Part shown: piece after piece, positions 23,702 to 33,828 of the stretch
Position numbering within the stretch: position 1 is the first letter of the stretch
Layout of the letters: every line of letters starts with the position of its first letter
Source: an uncultured delta proteobacterium
Lineage (GTDB): Bacteria; Myxococcota_A; Polyangia; Polyangiales; Polyangiaceae
Assembly (NCBI GenBank): GCA_963782055.1
Contig: CAWAIF010000003.1
Coordinates: 2,688,001 to 2,752,000, forward strand
DNA length: 64,000 nt
Direction: 5' to 3'
Notes under the pieces: model-generated
Database searches by the model: none
Told to the model about the DNA's origin: nothing
Seen by the model: the letters and a program-made list of their open reading frames with translations, nothing else
Translations under genes and position numbers: made by a program

Positions 23702-25207
23702 TCAAAAGATGTCGGGCTTGGGCTTCGGCGGGGGCGTCGCGGTGTGAACCGGGGGCGTGGTGTGCACCGGCGGCGGAGGCTCGGTCTGCGTGGCCGTGGC
23801 GGTAGGCCGCGGGGCGGTCCCGGTGGCCGTCGCGGTGGCCGTGGTCGTGCCCGTCATGGTCGGGGCGTGCTTCGGCCCCGGATGCGTGGACGTCGCCGTG
23901 GTGGGGGCGCCGTGCAGGGGCGCGAGCGATGCCGTCGGCTGGACAATCGCGGTGGCGGTGGTCGTCACCACGGCCGCGGCGGTCGTCTCGGGAGCCTGCG
24001 AGGCTCCCGCCGCGGCGGCGTGGGAGCCCATGCGCAGCAGGGCGATGCCCACCGCCGCGCCGGCGACGATGGCGAGCGCGCCCACCACGGCGACCAGCGC
24101 CACGCGCGCGCCGCTGCCGCCCGCGGCGCCGCGGGTCCGACCCCAGCTCGACTGCGTGGAGCCCTGCGCCGGGTACGCGGCCACCTGCATCGGGGTTCCG
24201 TACTGGGGCGGGGTGCCGTACGGCGCGGGCGTGACATACGCCGGTCCGACCGCCGTGGCGCCGTACGCCGGCGTGGGCGCGGCGGGCGCGCCGAGCAGGC
24301 GCGAGACGCGCTCCGCCGAGGTGCGCGACTGCGCCGCGGCGAAGGGCGCGAGGGCGACGGCCAGCTCGGCGACGTTGCCGAAGCGGCGCGTCCGGTCCTT
24401 CTCCAGACACCGCAGGACGATGGACTCCACCGCGGGCGGCACGTCCGGCCGCATCCCGCGGAGCGAGGGCGGAGGCTCCTGCAGGATGCGCGCGCACAGC
24501 TCGGTCATCGTCTCCCCGGTGAAGGGGGAGGCGGCGGCCAGGAGCTGGTAGAGCACGATCCCCAGCGCCCACACGTCGGCGCGCGCGTCGACGTCGCGCG
24601 TGGAGACCATCTGCTCCGGCGCCATGTAGAGCGGCGATCCCATGACGGCGGAGGTGCGCGTCATCGCCGCCTCGGTCATCACCCCGCCGGGCGTGACCTT
24701 CGAGATGCCGAAATCCAGGACCTTGACCAGCGGCGAGCCGTCGGCGCGGCGGGTGAGGAAGAGGTTGGACGGCTTCAGGTCGCGGTGGACGATCCCCAGC
24801 GAGTGCGCCTCGCCGATGGCCTCGATCGCCTGGAGCAGGTAGTCGAGCGCCTCGTCGACGGGCAGGGGCCCGCGCGCCTTGAGCACGTCCCCCAGGTCCT
24901 GCCCCTCCAGGTACTCCATGACCATGTAGGGCGCGCCATCCTCCAGCGTGCCGACGTCGGTCACGCGGGCGACGTGCTCGCTCTTGATCTTCACCGCGGC
25001 GCGCGCCTCGCGGGCGAAGCGCGCCACCGTGTCGGCGTTGGACAGCGCCTCCGGCAGCAGGAGCTTGATGGCGACGCGCTCGTCCAGCTGGACGTGCAGC
25101 GCCGAGACGACCAGACCCATCCCCCCCGCGCCGATGACGCGCTCGACGCGGTACTTGCCCGCGAGCACCTGCCCCACGCGCAGCGGCGCCGCCCCCGGCT
25201 GGTTCAC
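23702..25207 (-). CDS. Membrane Ser/Thr protein kinase
   Basis: GAGGMG, VAIK, HRDLKPSN, DFG, GSPLYMAPE; TM helix; Thr/Pro-rich tail. Confidence 0.93.
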   Translation of the reverse strand: MNQPGAAPLRVGQVLAGKYRVERVIGAGGMGLVVSALHVQLDERVAIKLLLPEALSNADTVARFAREARAAVKIKSEHVARVTDVGTLEDGAPYMVMEYLEGQDLGDVLKARGPLPVDEALDYLLQAIEAIGEAHSLGIVHRDLKPSNLFLTRRADGSPLVKVLDFGISKVTPGGVMTEAAMTRTSAVMGSPLYMAPEQMVSTRDVDARADVWALGIVLYQLLAAASPFTGETMTELCARILQEPPPSLRGMRPDVPPAVESIVLRCLEKDRTRRFGNVAELAVALAPFAAAQSRTSAERVSRLLGAPAAPTPAYGATAVGPAYVTPAPYGTPPQYGTPMQVAAYPAQGSTQSSWGRTRGAAGGSGARVALVAVVGALAIVAGAAVGIALLRMGSHAAAAGASQAPETTAAAVVTTTATAIVQPTASLAPLHGAPTTATSTHPGPKHAPTMTGTTTATATATGTAPRPTATATQTEPPPPVHTTPPVHTATPPPKPKPDIF

Positions 25208-25232
25208 GGGACAGGTCCTTTCGTGTTCGGGC

Positions 25233-27572
25233 TCATGGCATCTGCGGCTGGGTGATCGTCGTCTTGCCCTCGCTGACGGTGACCACCACCGTCTTCTCCA
25301 CGTGGAGGGAAGATACGCGCACCTTGAGCCGGTGCTTCCCCACGGGGACCGACCGAAGGACGATGGGCGTGCTGCCCAAATCGTGCGACCCGTCGAGCAC
25401 CTGGTCGCAGGGGTGCGGGCGGCAGATGATGGTCAGCAGGCCCGTCTTGCCGCTCGTCGCCACCGGTGCCGGCTTCGGCTTCGGCCTGGGCTTCGGCTTG
25501 ACGGTGTGGTGCACCACGCGGGGGTGCGTGAGGTCCAGCTTGGGAATGGTGCGGATGGTGGCGTGCGCCGTGGGAGGCGGCGGCGCGACGGACGCCGTCG
25601 CCGACGCGGTGTCCGGTGAGGCGGTGGACGCGGTGGTCGGGAGCGGAGCGGCCGTGGTCTCGGCCGGGGGCGCGATCTCCGTCGCCGCCGGCGCGCCGGC
25701 CGACGCGCTCGCCGACGCCGCCTCCGGGGCGGCGGACTTCCTGTGCTGCGCCACCACCATGAGCACGAAGAAGAGCAGGACGCCTCCGCCCACACCGAGC
25801 ACGGCCATCCCGAGCACCGACGACTTGCGGCGCCGCCCGGTGGCCTGCGACGTGCTCGCCGGCTGCGGGAAGCCGCCTGCCTGGTCCGGTGACATCGGCG
25901 GATAGCCGGAGTACGGGCCCGCCCCGAAGGGAGAGGGGACCGGCGGGAAGCTGTCGGGCGCGCTCGGGAAGGAGCTTCGAGGCATCCGCGCCGCTGGCTG
26001 CGCGTCTGGAGGCGTGTAGGTCACGTGCGGGCGGGGCGCGACGAAGATGGCGCTCTCGGTCACCGTCTGGTCCCGCTCGCGGGAGAGCGGCGTGAAGAAG
26101 AGGGGACCGCTCTGACCGTGGCCTGTCAGCGTCGGCACCTCGTCGCTGGCGCTCACCGGACGCTGCGCGGTCAGGGTCGGGATCTCGTCGGAGCGCGGCG
26201 GCAGCGGCAGGCCGAGCATCGGCGCGGGGGGCGCGGGCAGGCCGAGCATCGGGGTGGGGGGCGCGGGCACGCCGAGCACCGGGGTGGGCGCCATGACGAG
26301 CCCCGGGCCGGGCGCGGCGAGGGTGACCGTGTCGGTGTGCTCCGGCGGTAAGTCCCGGAGCGTGGGCGCGCCGGGTGGCAGCACCGGAGCGGACGGCGCC
26401 ATCACGGCCGGGCGCTCGGCTGTGGTGCGGTCCTCCTCCTCCTCCCTCTGCACGGCGAAGCTGGGGGGCGCGACGCGCGTCTCCTCCTCCTCCTCCTCGT
26501 CCTCCTCCGGGCGGGGCGCGAGGTTGGGCAGCGCGCGCAGCGAGCCGGACCGTCGGAACACCTCGGTCACGTCGGAGGCGGCCTGCAGGTCCTCCTCCCG
26601 CTCGGCGTAGCAGTCCGCGAAGAGGGTCCGCATGTAGCGCCCCACGTCGTCGACCTGCACCATGATGCCGTGCTGGACGAGCAGCGACTCCAGCTCGCGC
26701 GAGAGCTCCCGCGCCGTCGCGAAGCGCTGCTCCACGCGCCGCGCGAGCGCCTTGCGGATGATGCGGTCCAGCTCGGTGGGCACCTCCGAGACCATCTCCG
26801 CGAGCGGCGGCACCATGCCCGCCTCGATCATCGCGCGCGTCTGATCGTCGGTGTCGCGAGCGAAGAGGCTGCGGCCGGTCACCAGCTCCCAGAGCAGCAC
26901 GCCCAGCGCGAAGACGTCGGCACGGGCGTCGACCGACTCCCCCCAGAGCTGCTCCGGCGCGGCGTACGGGATCTTGCGAGGGTCCAGCACGCCGTGAGCG
27001 CGCGGCTCGAAGGCGCCCTTGATCTTGGCCTTGCCCTCGTAGGTGACCACCACGCTGTGCGGCGCGAGATCGCCGTGCAGAAGGCCGAGGGGCGAGCCGT
27101 CGGGCGCGCGCAGGCCATGCAGGGCGTGCAGCCCCTCCGCCGCGCCGGCGATGATGCGCGCGGCGATGTCCCACGCCGCCGGGGTGTCGGCGAGCTGCAG
27201 CCGCTCGATGATCTCCTGCACCCGCTCGCCGTGCAGGTACTCCATCGCCAGCCACGGCACGCCGTCTTCCTTGCCCACGTCGAAGAGGGCCGCGACGTTG
27301 GGGTGAAGGAGCTTGGCGCCCTCGCGGGCGCGCTCGAAGAAGCCGTCGACGTAGGCGTCGTCTGCCAGGTGGCTGCGGTCCATGCAGCGGATGGCGGCCC
27401 ACCGCTGGAAGCCCTGCGGCCCCTCCAGCCGAGCGAGGTAGATGGGCCCGACGGCGTTGCGCCCCAGCTCGTCCAGCACGTGGTAGCGGCCGAGGAGGCG
27501 GGGCTCGCGGACCCGGGCCCGCGAGCCGGCGCTCGTTGGACGCTTTCCGGGGCTTCGAGAAGACACCGCCAC
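25233..27572 (-). CDS. Membrane Ser/Thr pseudokinase with C-terminal PEGA-like domain
   Basis: Kinase fold recognisable (HPNVAALFDVG, AMEYLHG, YAAPEQ, DVFALG) but catalytic motifs are altered. Start inferred at GTG 27572. Confidence 0.8.
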   Translation of the reverse strand: MAVSSRSPGKRPTSAGSRARVREPRLLGRYHVLDELGRNAVGPIYLARLEGPQGFQRWAAIRCMDRSHLADDAYVDGFFERAREGAKLLHPNVAALFDVGKEDGVPWLAMEYLHGERVQEIIERLQLADTPAAWDIAARIIAGAAEGLHALHGLRAPDGSPLGLLHGDLAPHSVVVTYEGKAKIKGAFEPRAHGVLDPRKIPYAAPEQLWGESVDARADVFALGVLLWELVTGRSLFARDTDDQTRAMIEAGMVPPLAEMVSEVPTELDRIIRKALARRVEQRFATARELSRELESLLVQHGIMVQVDDVGRYMRTLFADCYAEREEDLQAASDVTEVFRRSGSLRALPNLAPRPEEDEEEEEETRVAPPSFAVQREEEEDRTTAERPAVMAPSAPVLPPGAPTLRDLPPEHTDTVTLAAPGPGLVMAPTPVLGVPAPPTPMLGLPAPPAPMLGLPLPPRSDEIPTLTAQRPVSASDEVPTLTGHGQSGPLFFTPLSRERDQTVTESAIFVAPRPHVTYTPPDAQPAARMPRSSFPSAPDSFPPVPSPFGAGPYSGYPPMSPDQAGGFPQPASTSQATGRRRKSSVLGMAVLGVGGGVLLFFVLMVVAQHRKSAAPEAASASASAGAPAATEIAPPAETTAAPLPTTASTASPDTASATASVAPPPPTAHATIRTIPKLDLTHPRVVHHTVKPKPRPKPKPAPVATSGKTGLLTIICRPHPCDQVLDGSHDLGSTPIVLRSVPVGKHRLKVRVSSLHVEKTVVVTVSEGKTTITQPQMP

Positions 27573-27628
27573 GGCATGAATCCTACACCACGGAGGGATT
27601 TCGCGCCCCCCCGAGGCGCCGCTCCCCG

Positions 27629-29713
27629 CTAGTCCGCCCGGATCAGGGTGCCCACGCCGGTGTCGGTGAAGAGCTCGGCGATCACCGAGTGCGGCACGCG
27701 CCCGTCGATGATGTGGACGCTCTTCACGCCGCCATCGATGGCGCGCAGCCCCGCCTTCACCTTGCTCGCCAGGTTGGCCTCGAACTCGCCCGCCGCCAGC
27801 CGGCGCCGCGCCTCGGAGGCGGTGACCTCGCTCACCAGCTCGCCGCTCTCCAGCAGGCCGGGCACGTCGGTCATGTAGATGAGCTTGTCCGCCTTCACCG
27901 CGACCGCCACCTCCGCGGCGACGGCGTCGGCGTCCACGTGGTAGCCCTCGCCGTCCTCGCCCAGACCGACGGGCGAGATCACCGGCACGTACTTGGAGAG
28001 CACCATCTCCAGCAGCTCCACGTTGACCTGCGTGACGTCGCCCTGCAGGCCGTTGTTGTCTCCCGGAGTCTTGCGCGCGCGGATGAGTCCGGCGTCCTTG
28101 CCGCTCAGGCCGACCGCCGCCGAGCTCGTCTGGTTCAGCAGGGAGACCAGCTCGGTGTTGATCTTGCCGGTGAGCACCATCTCGACGACCTTCAGGTCGC
28201 TCGCGTCGTGCACGTGCACCTCGCCGGGCACGTCGGAGGGGCGGCCGCCGAGGCGCTCCATCGTCCTTGTGATCTCCCGCCCGCCGCCGTGCACGACGAT
28301 CGGGCAGAGACCCGCCGAGCGCAGCAGGTTGACGTCCCCGGCGAAGCTCGCCTTGAGCGAGTCCTTCACCATCGCCCCGCCGCCGTACTTGAGCACCGCG
28401 CGCTTGCCGGAGAAGCGGGCGATGTAGCTGAGCGCCTCCACCAGCAGCGCGCGCTTGAAGCCGGGGCTGTAGTTGGTGAGGCGGTCGTCCTTCTTGACCG
28501 TGCCCTCGTCGTCGGCGGTGATGAGCGAGGTGTAGTCGGCGTTGATCTTGACGTAGTCGTAGGAGAGGTCGCACCCCCACGCGACGGAGGAGGCCTCCCC
28601 CTCGACGAGGTGCACGTCGATCTCGACGCGCACCTCGCGCATGCGCTTGCGGAGGGCCTGCGCGTCGTGTGCCGCGGGCGCGGCCTTCTCGTAGACGACG
28701 ATGCCCTGGATGGAGACCGCGGCGCACGTGGGGTCGATGGCGTAGCCCTGCGACCCGGCGCGAGCGCCCACCGTGGCGAGCACGCGCCCCCAGTTGGGGT
28801 CGGCCCCGAAGAGCGCGGCCTTCACCAGGCTGGACCCGGCGATGCTCCGGGCCAGATCGCGCGCGATGTCCCGGGACGGCGCGCCCGCCACGCGCACCTC
28901 CACCATCTTGGTGGCGCCCTCGCCGTCCTCGGCGATGGACCGGGCCAGCTCGACGCAGAGCGAGGTGAGGGCGTCGCGGAAGGGTGCATAATGCACCGAC
29001 CTCGCGTCGATGCGCGCGCAGCGCGACTCGCCGTTGGCGAGGGCGAAGACGGCGTCGTTGGTGCTCATGTCCCCGTCGACGATGAGGTTGTTGAAGCTCT
29101 CCCCCATGGCGTGCAGGAGCGCCGCCTGGAGCGTCTCGCGATCGATGACGGCGTCGGTGGTGATGAAGGCCAGCATCGTCGCCATCTGGGGGGCGATCAT
29201 CCCGGAGCCCTTGGCGATGGCCGCGACGCGCACCTCCACGCCATCCACGTCCACGGTGCGGCGCGCGATCTTGGGGCGCGTGTCGGTGGTCATGATGGCC
29301 TCCGCCGCGCCCTCCAGCGCGGGGGTGAGGCCGGCGACCAGGTGCGGGGCGGCCGCCGCCAGCTTCTTCACCGGGAGGCGCACGCCGATGACGCCGGTGG
29401 AAGCGGACAGCACGCTCTCGGCGCCGACGCCGAGCGCGCCGGCGAACGCCGCATGGATGGCCTGGACGTCGCGATCGCCCTCCACACCGGTGAGGGCGTT
29501 GGCGTTGCCGCTGTTGACCACCACCGCGCGCACGCCGCTCGCCGGCAGGCGCGAGGCGGCGTCGACCACCGGGGCCGCGCGCGCCTTGTTCACGGTGAAG
29601 CAGCCGGCCGCCTCGCACGGCGTGTCGCTGACGATCAGGGCCATGTCCTTGCGCGCGGCCTTGATGCCGGCGTTGACGCCCGCGAACCGGAAACCTCGAG
29701 GCACGAAGATCAT
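27629..29713 (-). CDS. argJ: Fusion of ornithine acetyltransferase (ArgJ) and an acetylglutamate-kinase-like (ArgB) domain
   Basis: NSGNANA, KGSGMIAPQMATML, GADPNWGR, WGCDLSYDYVKINADY, then EALSYI..FSGK..VLKYGG, VVHGGG, ELFTDTGVGT in one ORF. Confidence 0.92.
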   Translation of the reverse strand: MIFVPRGFRFAGVNAGIKAARKDMALIVSDTPCEAAGCFTVNKARAAPVVDAASRLPASGVRAVVVNSGNANALTGVEGDRDVQAIHAAFAGALGVGAESVLSASTGVIGVRLPVKKLAAAAPHLVAGLTPALEGAAEAIMTTDTRPKIARRTVDVDGVEVRVAAIAKGSGMIAPQMATMLAFITTDAVIDRETLQAALLHAMGESFNNLIVDGDMSTNDAVFALANGESRCARIDARSVHYAPFRDALTSLCVELARSIAEDGEGATKMVEVRVAGAPSRDIARDLARSIAGSSLVKAALFGADPNWGRVLATVGARAGSQGYAIDPTCAAVSIQGIVVYEKAAPAAHDAQALRKRMREVRVEIDVHLVEGEASSVAWGCDLSYDYVKINADYTSLITADDEGTVKKDDRLTNYSPGFKRALLVEALSYIARFSGKRAVLKYGGGAMVKDSLKASFAGDVNLLRSAGLCPIVVHGGGREITRTMERLGGRPSDVPGEVHVHDASDLKVVEMVLTGKINTELVSLLNQTSSAAVGLSGKDAGLIRARKTPGDNNGLQGDVTQVNVELLEMVLSKYVPVISPVGLGEDGEGYHVDADAVAAEVAVAVKADKLIYMTDVPGLLESGELVSEVTASEARRRLAAGEFEANLASKVKAGLRAIDGGVKSVHIIDGRVPHSVIAELFTDTGVGTLIRAD

Positions 29714-29726
29714 GCGGATGGCCTCA

Positions 29727-30761
29727 TCACGGCGCGAAGCGTACCAGGCCGTCCAGCCCGAGCGTCTCCGGAAGTCCGTGCGCCAGGTTGAGGTTCTGCA
29801 TGGCCTGGCCGGCCGCGCCCTTCACCAGGTTGTCCAGGGCGCACGCGGCGATGACGACGTCCCCGTCGGCCGTGGCTCCCACCGCCGCCACGTTGGTGCC
29901 CGCCACCGAGTGCACCGAGGCGCGGTCGGGGGCGACCACGCGCACGAAGGGCTTGCCCTCGTACGCGGCGCGCAGGGCGTCCTGGACCGACTGCGCGGAC
30001 GCGCCGCCGGCCGGCCGCATGTAGGCGGTGACCAGGAGCCCGCGGTTGATCGGGACGAGGTGCGGGGTGAACGTCACCCGCACCGGCGCCCCGGCGGCGC
30101 GCGAGACGCCACGGGCGATCTCCGGGGCGTGCTGGTGGCCGAGCACCTTGTACGCGCGCACGTCCTCGTTCACCTCGACGAAGGAGTAGGCCTCCTGGGA
30201 CCGGCGGCCCGCGCCGCTCACGCCCGACTTGCCGTCCACGATGACGTGCGCCGTCTGCGCGAGGCCCGCCCGCAGCAGGGGGGCGACGGCGAGCTGCGCG
30301 GCGGTGGCGTAGCAGCCGGGGTTCGCGACGATGCCGCTCGCCTTGGGCGGCGGGCCGAAGAGCTCGGGCAGGCCGTAGTGCGCGCCGGCGAGGTGGTTGG
30401 GCGCCGGGTGCTCGAAGCCATAGAAGCGCGGGTAGTCGGCGGGGTCGGGGAGGCGGAAGGCGCCGGAGAGATCGATGACCAGCTTGCCGGCGTCGGCGAG
30501 GGCGGGGGCGAGGCCGGCGGACACCTCGGCCGAGGTGGCGAGCACCACCGCGTCCACCTTCGCCGCGAGGCTGGCCGCCTCCACGTTGGGTGCGTAGGCG
30601 ATGTCGTGCTCGGCGCGGATGCCGAGGGACTCGCCCACGCTCTGCCCGGCGAGGCGATCGGACGTCGCGAAGATCAGGCGCGCGCGGGGGTGCCCGGCGA
30701 CGAGGCGCGCGCAGACGGACCCGGAGTAGCCGGATGCGCCGACGATGCCGACCTTGATCAT
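29727..30761 (-). CDS. argC: N-acetyl-gamma-glutamyl-phosphate reductase
   Basis: MIKVGIVGASGYSG, IDLSGAFR, VANPGCY, GKSGVSGAG, LDNLVKGAAGQAMQN. Confidence 0.95.
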   Translation of the reverse strand: MIKVGIVGASGYSGSVCARLVAGHPRARLIFATSDRLAGQSVGESLGIRAEHDIAYAPNVEAASLAAKVDAVVLATSAEVSAGLAPALADAGKLVIDLSGAFRLPDPADYPRFYGFEHPAPNHLAGAHYGLPELFGPPPKASGIVANPGCYATAAQLAVAPLLRAGLAQTAHVIVDGKSGVSGAGRRSQEAYSFVEVNEDVRAYKVLGHQHAPEIARGVSRAAGAPVRVTFTPHLVPINRGLLVTAYMRPAGGASAQSVQDALRAAYEGKPFVRVVAPDRASVHSVAGTNVAAVGATADGDVVIAACALDNLVKGAAGQAMQNLNLAHGLPETLGLDGLVRFAP

Positions 30762-30784
30762 GGCCGGGCCTATAGCATGAACGC

Positions 30785-31171
30785 TCAGATCCTCCCGAAG
30801 AACGCCTTCGTGCGCGGCTTCAGCCACACGAGCATCAGCGGGAGGGCCACCGGCAAGCAGCATGTGCTGGTCAGGCCGAAGATGATGAGCACCAGGTGGT
30901 AGACCCACGCCCACGGCTTCTTCGGCAGGAAGGGCGCGGCGGCGTAGACGCCGCCGAAGACCAGGCCCATCGCCGTGAGCAGGACGCCCGTGATGACGTC
31001 CTCGTCCTTGACCCCGGCGGACGCCATGAACAGCCCCAGGCCCGCGCAGCCCAGGTACATCAGCGTCATGAGCACGGTGTAGGCGACGTACCAGCCCCAC
31101 ACTGGTGGCCGGTCTCCCTCCAAGGTGATGGGCGGGCCCGGCGGCTGGTAGCGAGCGTACGGATCGTACAT
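30785..31171 (-). CDS. Small integral membrane protein
   Basis: Three to four hydrophobic segments; high-GC3 codon usage. Confidence 0.7.
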   Translation of the reverse strand: MYDPYARYQPPGPPITLEGDRPPVWGWYVAYTVLMTLMYLGCAGLGLFMASAGVKDEDVITGVLLTAMGLVFGGVYAAAPFLPKKPWAWVYHLVLIIFGLTSTCCLPVALPLMLVWLKPRTKAFFGRI

Positions 31172-31274
31172 GCCTGGAGGATACGCGTGCGAGGGCGCGA
31201 TGCCCCCTCGTTTCCGCGCCGGCGCGGGTGGCAGAGGCCCCCTCGTCGAGCCAACCGTGTAGGATGAGTGGCCG

Positions 31275-32177
31275 ATGGCCGACAAGCCCAGGGCCCTCAA
31301 GACCATCCAGAACACCGTGCCGCCTCAGCCGGCCAAGGGCTCGCACGCCGTGCTCTCGGTGCAGTCGGGGCCGGACGCCGGCCGCGTGCTCGCGCTCTCC
31401 CCGAAGACGCCGAGCACCATCGGCCGCGCGGAGGAGTGCACCTTCGCCTTCGAGGACGCGCGCCTGTCGCGCGAGCACGTGCGCATCGTCCGGGTGAACG
31501 GGGAGTGGATGCTCATCGAGGCGGGGTCCACCAACGGGACGTTCGTCGACGGCGCGAAGGTGGAGAAGTTCGCGCGGCTGGGCGACGGCTCGCGCCTCGT
31601 GCTGGGCGGAAGCCTCACCCTCCGCTTCGCGCTGGTGACCGAGGAGGAAGCCGCCGCGCTGGCGCGCGTCTACGAGGCGGCGATGCACGACGGCCTGACC
31701 GGCGTGCTCAACCGCAAGGCGCTCGAGGAGCGCCTGAGCGCGGAGATCGCCTTCGCGCAGCGACACGGCGCCGAGCTCTCCGTCGCGCTGGTGGACATCG
31801 ATCACTTCAAGGCCGTGAACGACGCGCACGGCCACCTCGTCGGCGACTGGGTGCTCTGCGCCGTGGCGGCGGAGCTCGGCCGCACCCTGCGCGCCGAGGA
31901 CGTCCTCGGTCGCTACGGCGGCGAGGAGTTCCTCGTCGTGGCGCGCGGGATCCCGGTGGGGGAGGCGGCGGTGATGGCGGAGCGGCTGCGCGCGGGCATC
32001 GCCGCGCGGCCGGTGCAGCAGGAGGGCATCGTCGTGCCTGTCACCGCGAGCTTCGGCGTGGCCTCGCTGGCGTGCTGCGGCGCCACGCGCGACCGCGAGA
32101 CGCTGCTGGGCCTGGCCGACGGGCGGCTCTACGCGGCGAAGGAAGGCGGCCGCAACCGGGTCGTCGGGGCGAGGTGA
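31275..32177 (+). CDS. FHA-domain diguanylate cyclase
   Basis: FHA (IGR, LSREH, STNGTFVDG), DGLTGVLNR, DIDHFKAVND, RAED I-site followed by GGEEF. Confidence 0.92.
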   Translation: MADKPRALKTIQNTVPPQPAKGSHAVLSVQSGPDAGRVLALSPKTPSTIGRAEECTFAFEDARLSREHVRIVRVNGEWMLIEAGSTNGTFVDGAKVEKFARLGDGSRLVLGGSLTLRFALVTEEEAAALARVYEAAMHDGLTGVLNRKALEERLSAEIAFAQRHGAELSVALVDIDHFKAVNDAHGHLVGDWVLCAVAAELGRTLRAEDVLGRYGGEEFLVVARGIPVGEAAVMAERLRAGIAARPVQQEGIVVPVTASFGVASLACCGATRDRETLLGLADGRLYAAKEGGRNRVVGAR

Positions 32178-32509
32178 GGCGCGTCGCGGTCGCCGCCGCG
32201 GTGACCGTGGCGGCGGTCCTCGCGTGTGAGGCCCACCCGCGCTACCCGGCGTGCGAGAGCGACGCGCAGTGCGCCGTCGGCGGCCGTCACGACTACTGCG
32301 TCGCCGGCCGCTGCGCGTACTGCCGCACCGCCATCGACTGCGGCGACCGGCAGATGTGCCGCGCCGGCCGCTGCTTGGCCGACCCCAACGCCCCGCCGCC
32401 GCCCGCTCCCGACGCCGGAGCGGACGCGGCCGGTGACGCCGCGCCCGACGCGCGCGCCGACGCCGGCGCCGACGAGCCGCCGCCGGAGATCATCCGGTCC
32501 CGGGAGTGA
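32174..32509 (+). CDS. Small Cys-rich lipoprotein
   Basis: GTGA overlap with the upstream stop; VLAC lipobox; CESDAQC...CVAGRC..CRTAIDC...CRAGRC. Confidence 0.7.
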   Translation: MRRVAVAAAVTVAAVLACEAHPRYPACESDAQCAVGGRHDYCVAGRCAYCRTAIDCGDRQMCRAGRCLADPNAPPPPAPDAGADAAGDAAPDARADAGADEPPPEIIRSRE

Positions 32510-32524
32510 GCGCCAAGAGCGCGC

Positions 32525-33721
32525 TCACCGCCCGAGCTCCACGAGGTAGATGTCGCGGGACGCGTCGCGCTCGCGGCCGATGAAGAAGCGCGTGGGATCG
32601 CCCGGCACCACCCACAGGCCCTCGTACTCCTGGTGCGCGTCGCCGAGCTCGGCCTCCCAGCCCCCCTCGAGGTCCGCCACCGCGAAGCGCGCGTCGCCGC
32701 CGTGGAAGACGAGTCGCCGGCCTCCCGGGAGAAAGTCCCACCACTCGTGCTCGGTGGTGAACATGCGCACGGCGCGGCCGGTCGTCGCGTCCCCCACCCA
32801 GACCTCCAGCGGCGCGCCCAGCTTCGCGCGCGTGGCGAAGACCACCCGCCGGCCGGCGTCGTCGAGCGTCGCCGCGCGCTGCACGTTCGCCTGCGGAAAG
32901 GCGATCGCGCGCCCGCTCGCGGTGTCGATGCAGTGGAAGGACCAGTCCTCCGCGCGGAAGCACAGCCGCGAGAGCGTCGGCGAGACGACCGGCTCCAGCA
33001 CGAAGCTGTCGTCGTCCGCCACGGTCACGAGCGGCCGCTTCCGGCCCGACGCCAGGTCGAGCATCTCCAGCGTCCGGTATCCGCGGAAGAGCATCGGGCT
33101 CAGCTTCGACGGCTCGCCCACCAGCGCCGTGCCCTCCCGCGGGCGCGACCGAACGATGGGATCGCACCATCGGCCCACCGGACGGGTCCGTGCGGGGTGC
33201 GCGAGCTCCACCACCGACAGATCGCAGTCGCTCCGGGTGAGCAGCGTCTCGCCTTCCAGGGCCCAGCTCCGCACCTTCGGCACGTCCAGCAGGCGCGTGC
33301 CGGACGGGATCGCGAAGACGTGGAGCAGGTGCTGCTCGTCGCTCGCCACGAGGTAGCGCGAGCTCGCGCTGATCTCGACGCGCGTCGCCGCGTGCACTCC
33401 CAGCGAGACCGGCGGCCCGTCCCCGACGCGCAGCTCGATCGCCTTGCGGCGGACGACCGCGACCGTTCGCCGGTCCGGCGCCATCGTCACGCCGTCGGCA
33501 TCGGCGGCGAACAGGGTGATCTTCACGCCGGCCAGGTCGATCGCGCGCATGTGCTCGGGCAGCGCGACCGTGGCGATGGATGCGTCCGCCCGGAGCACCG
33601 CCGAGGCCGACGCCGCAGGAGGGATGACCGCCTGCTGCCGCGGCTGCGCGTGCGGCGCCGGCGGATGGCACGCCGCCGCCAGCGCCAGCAGGCCCCACGT
33701 CGTCCGTCGCGCGCCGCCCAT
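32525..33721 (-). CDS. Putative beta-propeller lipoprotein
   Basis: LAAAC lipobox; WD40/TolB-like repeated strands. Confidence 0.55.
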   Translation of the reverse strand: MGGARRTTWGLLALAAACHPPAPHAQPRQQAVIPPAASASAVLRADASIATVALPEHMRAIDLAGVKITLFAADADGVTMAPDRRTVAVVRRKAIELRVGDGPPVSLGVHAATRVEISASSRYLVASDEQHLLHVFAIPSGTRLLDVPKVRSWALEGETLLTRSDCDLSVVELAHPARTRPVGRWCDPIVRSRPREGTALVGEPSKLSPMLFRGYRTLEMLDLASGRKRPLVTVADDDSFVLEPVVSPTLSRLCFRAEDWSFHCIDTASGRAIAFPQANVQRAATLDDAGRRVVFATRAKLGAPLEVWVGDATTGRAVRMFTTEHEWWDFLPGGRRLVFHGGDARFAVADLEGGWEAELGDAHQEYEGLWVVPGDPTRFFIGRERDASRDIYLVELGR

Positions 33722-33828
33722 CACCGCATCGTAGTCCCGCCGCGCCGCGCCGAGAAATGGCGCGTTCTGCCGGTCGCGGCCGCGCGCGCGGCCGTCCCGC
33801 AGTCGAACATGTCCGTGTGCTGCACTCC

